From Salpingoeca rosetta (lineage: Eukaryota; Protista; Choanoflagellata): a DNA stretch of 64,000 bases. The stretch is from contig JAWQFM010000004.1 in the NCBI GenBank assembly GCA_033442325.1, positions 1,249,293 through 1,313,292 of the forward strand. The letters are read 5' to 3'. The translations under genes and the position numbers were made by a program. The notes below the pieces were generated by a model that worked only from the letters and a program-made list of their open reading frames with translations, ran no database searches and was not told the DNA's origin. Every line of letters starts with the position of its first letter. Position 1 is the first letter of the stretch. Below, piece after piece: positions 58,062 through 64,000 of this stretch.

Positions 58062-61000
58062 ACACATACGCACACTTACACATACATTCACACACACATA
58101 CACACATTCACCGCCACAGGAGCTGGAGGATGTGGAGCGAATTGAGTACGCGTCATTTGACGAACTGCAGCGGCGGCTGTCAACGGAACTTCGCAAGCTC
58201 GAGGGCGCACGCAACCTTCGGCAGGTGCTGATGGTACAGCACCCTGAGCGAACAGCAGAGCTGGCGGAGGTGGAGAAGCAGATTCGCAATGCGCAGAGCG
58301 CTATCCGCGCCATCGAGGCCAGCATGCAAGGCGATGATGAGTCGTGGGAGGACGAGGACGAGGAGAAGGAGCACGCAGACACGTTTGACGTGCACGACGT
58401 CCCAAACTACCAAGACGCAAACGGCGGCAGCCACGCGCAGACAGCAGCAGCAGCAGCGACATCAACATCGCCGCTGCCGGGGGACGTGTCTGGCGCCTCT
58501 GCATCTGCACACAGCCTCCTTGGCGAGTCCCACAACTCGTCCACCAGCGCATTTGCGTCATCAAATGCGTCGCACTGGTCTGAGAGCGGCACCAACCCCG
58601 CCCTCGGCGCGTGGGTGGACAGGGATGAGGAGGCACTGGGGGACCTGCGGGCACGCATCCAGCGCGCGCTTGCGCTGACAGAGGCAGAGAGCGCACATGA
58701 GGAGATTCAGGGGCTGGGCGCACTGGCCAGCAAGCTGCTGCAGGAGCGAGAGGACTTGAAGCAGCAGCTGGCGCGGCTGCAGCACGGCGCGCAGGCGGAG
58801 AAGAAGCGGGCAGAGGACGCCGCCAACGACGAGAACAACGAGCTACTCAGGATGGTGGAGGATATGCAGGCCGAGCAGGACACCCTGCAGCAGCAACTCG
58901 ACTCGTACAAGGCGGAGACAGTGATGCTTGTTGACCACCTCAAGTCAGATCCCGACGGCACGCTCGTCCTCACCCACCGTGAGCTGCACGCCGTGTACAG
59001 GTGCACCGTTGACGCCCGCACGGAGCGCGCACAGCTGCAGCGGGCGCTGGAGACGTTGCGCAAGGACGTTTCATCCCTGGAGCAGGACGTGCTGGACCGA
59101 AACGGGCAAGTGGCCCGGCTCAGCGACGCCCTCAGCGCAGCACGGAACAACCTGCACATGACGCAAACCGACAAGACGCAGCTGGAGCACGTGCTCGCCA
59201 CAACAAAGGAGGAGCTGCTGACGGTGCAGGAATCCCGCGCCGCTGCCGGCGACGCCCTCTCCTCCCTTCAAGCGGACATGGACGACATGCGTGCGCGCCT
59301 GGCCGAAGAGCAGCAGCGCACGCGCGCACTGCAGGAGGAGCTGGATGCTGCGCGTGCCGGCGCCTCTGACAGCGCAGCCGCACAGGCTGTGGCGTGGGAG
59401 GACGAACGCCGTGCCTTGCAACAGGAGCGCGATAAACACGCCGAACATGCAAGGCGGGTGCAGAAGGAGCTGGCTGCCATGGAGCAGGAGGTGCTCGCAC
59501 AGGCCACCAGTGTACAGCGCTCGCAAGAAGAGATGCGTGACCACGTGACCAAGCTGGAGACCGAGCTGTCTGCCCTGCGGCAACGCCACACGGAGCTGCA
59601 GGCGCAGTACGAGGACGCACAGGCAAGCCTCGCCAACGCACAACAACAGCAGCAGCAGCAGCAACAACAACACGAGCAACATCAACAGCAGCAGGCCGAC
59701 AACAGCGTCAACAACAATGACAGCATGCGGGGCGGTTCTGAGTTGGATGCCACGTGGCAGGAGCAAAAGACAGAGCTCGAGCAGCAGCTGCGTGCGATCC
59801 AGCAAGAGGCTGACCGCTACAAGCACGCGTCGGAGGAGGCAGAGGCCACGCTTGCTGTGACGCGCAAGGAGCTGGAGAGCGCCCGCCACCACGCCGCACA
59901 CATGCGCACGCGCGACCGCACGTCCTCTGCACACAGCTCGTCCACGCAGCACACGGCCGAGCTGTCCCTGCCAGAGCCGCTGGCCACCAACCACCGCAAT
60001 TGGGTGCTGGGCATGCAGCACATGATGAGTCAGGACAAGCTGCGTGCCAAGGACCTGTTTGATCGCCTGGACAGCCACGGGCGCGGGTACCTGCAGCTGC
60101 GTGATTTCGAGCGCAGCCTCAAGTGGATTGACCTGAGCATGTCTGACCGGGAGCTGCGTGACCTCTTCAACCACATTGACCACAACAAGGACTCGCGCAT
60201 CGACTCGGACGAGTTCAAACGTGACATCAAGTACAAGTACAACAAGTCCCGCCACGACTACCATGGCCCTGAGGGTCACGCCCTGGGCGCCGTCCGCATC
60301 ACGCCGAGCCAATCAGAGGACTCGGACGCGTTTAGCATCGACCTGGACCAGCTGTCCACCGTGGACCAGTACCACACCGCCCTGCAGCGCGCGCTGTCCC
60401 GCCTGCAACAGCTGGAGCGGCAGCAGCGGCACGCACTTGACAGTGAAGATGGCAGCTCCCACGCGCGGTCGGCGTCACCATCCACCACAGGTGGAGGCAG
60501 CGGCACGGGTGACGGGAGCAACGTGCAGCGGCTGGAGCGGGAGAACCACGCACAGCGCAGCGAAATCAACTCGCTCAAGCAGCAGCTGCGGGATCTGCAG
60601 TTACAGCTGGACGAGGAGGCTGCGCGCAACCTCAACATGTCTGCAGACATGCGTCAGTTTGATGAGTCCATCAACGCCAGCTTCCGCAGCCCGGCCGAGC
60701 TGCGCATGGAGAATGCGCGACTGGCGCAAGAATTGGAGGAGGCCAAGGCCGCGGTGGAACAACTGTCCACCGCGCGCCAACGCCTGGAGGTACAGCACAA
60801 GGCGTACAAGCAGCAGATTGGCGACTTGGAGCAGGACGTGAAGCTGTACGGGGACGACGCAAAACGCCGCGATGCACACGAGGCGCAGATGGAGGCAGAC
60901 ATTGAGGAGCTGCGGGAGCAGATTGCCCAGCTGGAGAGCGAGAAGACGGCTGTTGGCCGCACGCTCGCACAGGCGGAAGCACGGCTGGCGGCACAGGCTG

Positions 61001-64000
61001 AGGAACAACGCATGACCGCAGCAGATGCACAGCGCACGCTGGAGCAGACGCAGCGACGGCTGCAGGAGGCCGAGGCAGAGAAGGACACACTGCAGGCACG
61101 CGTGCGGGAGGAAGAGGAGCGTGCGGCGCGCCTGAAGCAGCAGCTTGCTGACATGACCGACCAGTTCCAGGCAGCAAGCACGCGCGCAGAGGAGACGGTG
61201 CAGTCGCAGATGCAGCGCGACCAGGAGGTGACGCAGCTGCGGGAACAGCTGGCCAAGGCGAAGAACGAGGCGCAGGTGGCCCAAACACGCCTCAACGCAG
61301 AACAACAGCGAGCAACGGCGCTGCAGGCCGAGAACGACGGGTTTGTGCGGCAGCTGAAGGAGAAGCAACGCGAGATTGAGCAGCAGCAGGCAGACATGCG
61401 CACCATGTACGACGAGCACACAAAGGTGCTGGCGCGCTGCGAGGTGCTCACCAGCCAGGCCGACGGGCTGGAGCTGGACAAGGTTGCGCAATCGGAGGAC
61501 ATGGACAAGCTCAAGGCGCGCGTGGAGGCGCTGGCGCAGGAGGCCGAAGACAAGAAACGCGAGGCGCAGCGGCACCAGGAGGAGTTGAAGCGCGTGATCC
61601 AGGCAAAGAACGAGACGGCCACCGAACGCGACCTGGTGCGCAAGCAGCACGAGGACCTCTCCCGGCGGCTGGCGGACCTGCAGGCGCAGTACGACGGCTT
61701 GCAGGCTGACCACGACGCAGCGCTGGCCACGTGCGATGAGCTCAAGCGCAAGCTCACGGCCGCGGAGGACCAGGCAGCCAAGGCACGGGAGCAGGTGCGT
61801 GGTGCTGAGGAGCGTGCTGCCTCCCTTGATGAGAAGTGCACGCAGCTGCGCAGTGCAGAGCATGCAACGCACGACAAGCTGTCGCGTGTGGTTGAGGAGC
61901 GGCAGCAGCTGCGTGATGACTTGGAGCAAGCGGTGCAGCGGGCAGAGCGAGCCGAGCGCGACGCACAGGACCTGCGCAACGACGTGCGGGCGGCGCGGCA
62001 GGAGCGAGACGACCTGTTGAAGGCACTGGATGAGGCAAAGTCGAGCAGCAGCGAGGCGCAGCAGAAGGTGCAGGAGGCCGAGCGCGCTGCCAGGGACGCG
62101 CTTGCTGCGCGCGTGCAAGAGCTTGAGCAGCAGAAGGACGAGGAACACAAGCGGTGGCAGCGTGAGGTGAGCGAGCTGCAATCCACGCTGGCAGAGCAGC
62201 GCGGAGAGGCGCGCCAGCTGCAGGCCTCGCTGCGACAAGCAGAGGACAGGCTGTCCGCCAGCATTGAGGAGCGAGAGCGCCTCAAGCACGAGCTGCAAGA
62301 GGCGGAGTCTCGGGCCGAGGGCGCAGCGGCAGCCACACGCACCGCTGAGCAGGATCTTCGGGAGCAGGTGGCCCGTGCTGAGGAGCGGTGCAAGCAGCTG
62401 GAGGAGGAGCAGCAGGCGCTGCGGGACAAGTGCAAGAAGGCCGAGTCCGCCGTGGCCAAGCGCGACGCGCTGCACTCCAACAAGGAGGCCATGTACGCCA
62501 AGCAGATGGAGGGCTTCCAGTTTGAGACGCAGCAGTGGCGCGCGCGAGCAGAGACATATAGCTCGCAGCTGGATGAGTTGCGGGCACAGCTTGCGCAGCG
62601 GCAACAGGAGTATGACACGCTCGCCCAGGAGAAACGCGCCGCCGCCACTGCTGCTGCCAGTGATGCAACCGGGTCCACAGGTACGGTGCAGCAGCAGGAG
62701 TATGATGACGCGATGAACACGCTCAAGGACACGATGAAAGAGCTCGAGAAGGCCAAGGTGGAGGTTGCGCGGCTGGAAGAGGCGGTGGCGTTGCGCCAGC
62801 GCGCGATTGAGGAGCGAGACGGCCGACTGGAAGACGTGGAGCGGGAGCTGGTGCACCTGCGAAGTGAGGTGGCCACGCTCGATGCAGACCTCTCACTGAA
62901 GAACTCGTACATCGAGGACCTTGAGGCGGCAGTGAAGGATCGCAGAGGATACGCGTCCTCCACGGGCCGCCAGTCTGCCACGTCGCTCGTGTCGTCTGTG
63001 CCGGGGGTGGTGTCGCCGTCATCGCGTGCTGACTCATCGCCCTCGCAGCACACAGAGCACTCGCCACCGGCCTTTGCACACGAGCGCGCTGGCCGCAGCG
63101 GCGTTGGTGGTGGTGATGGTGTTGGCGGTGGTGATGGTGTTGGCGGTGGTGGCGCCAGCAGCACGGACGATGAAGTCGGTGGTGCGCAGGTGACGGCTGC
63201 GGGCGAGGGCCAGCGGAAGCGCGGTCCACGCCGCCCACGTCCGGGCTACCCTTCCTCAACCGCCATGACGCCCTCAACGACGACAGAGGCGTACCGCGAC
63301 CCAAGGTACGTGCCCGCGGAGGAGGCGCGCGTTGCGCAAGAGGAGCGTGATCAGTACGAGCACAGGATTGCGGGCCTGAAGGAGCAGGTTGTGAAGCTGA
63401 GGGAGGCGCTGCAAGCTGCACGCGCAGAGGTGGACACGGTCACCCGCAACCACGACCTGCACATCCAGCACTCGGAGGCGCGCGTGAAGGCGCTCAACGA
63501 CGAGCTGGCGACGCAGCAGGCGGAGTATACGCGCGAGCTGGAGCTTGAGAAGAAGAACCACAGGCAGGATGTCGATGCGCTGGAGGCGAAGCTGAAATCG
63601 CAGGTTGAGCGGCACGAGGAGGCGTGCAAGGGTCTCAAGTACCGCATCTCCGCAGACGGCAAGGAGCTGTCCACGCTCAAGCGGCGGCTTGATGAATCGC
63701 AGAACTCCCTCAACGAGCTCATCCAGCAGGAGCTGCGGACAGTGCAGCACCTGCGCGCGTTTGTGGCCTGCCACGACTACCGGCCCATGGAGGTGCACGA
63801 CGGGTGTGACCGCAGCACCGAGCTGCCGTTTGACCAGGGCGACCTGGTGTATGTGGTTGGCAGCGCAGACACGGACGGGTACTTTGAGGCGATTGTGCCT
63901 GGCCGCCGCGGCCTCGTGCCCAGCAACTACGTGGAGGAGCTACAGCTGAGCAGGGACGAGCTTGTGCGCAGCGCGCAGAGCAACAAGCCGCTGTGGAACT
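56453..64000 (+). CDS. Very large coiled-coil protein with two HR1-like repeats, an EF-hand pair and a RIM-binding-protein-type SH3 domain; 3'-partial; exons 56453-57049, 57403-57492, 57727-57801, 58120->64000
   Basis: All three introns are phase 0 GT-AG. Frame +1 from 58120 is open wherever checked and is missing from the ORF track because it runs off the window. HR1-like: LRRRINKSENIYKGADKLSKE|VAKDTRKDLQYTMKYMREDIRRTEK|EL and LQRRLSTELRKLEGARNLRQVL...LAEVEKQIRNAQSAIRAIE. EF-hands: LFDRLDSHGRGYLQLRDF and LFNHIDHNKDSRIDSDEF. SH3: FVACHDYRP...ELPFDQGDLVYVVGSADTDGYFEAIVPGRRGLVPSNYVEEL. Confidence 0.88.

Noticed and set aside
59071-63798. Long minus-strand ORFs (413, 751 and 836 aa)
   Set aside because: Antisense shadows of the GC-rich plus-strand coiled-coil exon, with Leu/Ser/Arg-biased composition and no motifs.

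Overview
Eukaryotic, intron-rich, GC-rich genomic DNA saturated with (CA)n/(GT)n microsatellites, mostly inside introns, with three N gaps. The gene content (animal-like HIP1, LAMP, LEKR1, Claret-like and RIM-BP-type SH3 proteins) and the intron style suggest a choanoflagellate such as Salpingoeca rosetta; this is inference. Most entries in the ORF track are microsatellite or antisense artefacts. Manual splicing gives 13 genes in order: HIP1/Sla2 3' end (+), a Cys-rich GPI-anchored secreted protein (-), a MAP7/ensconsin-like protein (-), a GATA factor with a second C4 finger (+), UPF1 (-), a LAMP/CD68-like protein (+), USP16/45 (-), LEKR1 (+), NUDT8 (-), PhzF/PBLD with a 4-bp frameshift (+), an intronless secreted 7-bladed beta-propeller (-), a Claret/GLO-4-like propeller-RCC1 protein (-), and a large HR1-HR1/coiled-coil/EF-hand/SH3 protein running off the window (+). 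Ten of these genes form five head-to-head pairs. The most notable observations are the HR1+EF-hand+RIM-BP-type SH3 architecture, a dense GATC cluster upstream of the GATA gene, microsatellite-built introns that often lack a polypyrimidine tract, the intronless propeller gene and the PBLD frameshift. No rRNA, tRNA, CRISPR array or recognisable transposase was seen. Exon boundaries were read by eye.
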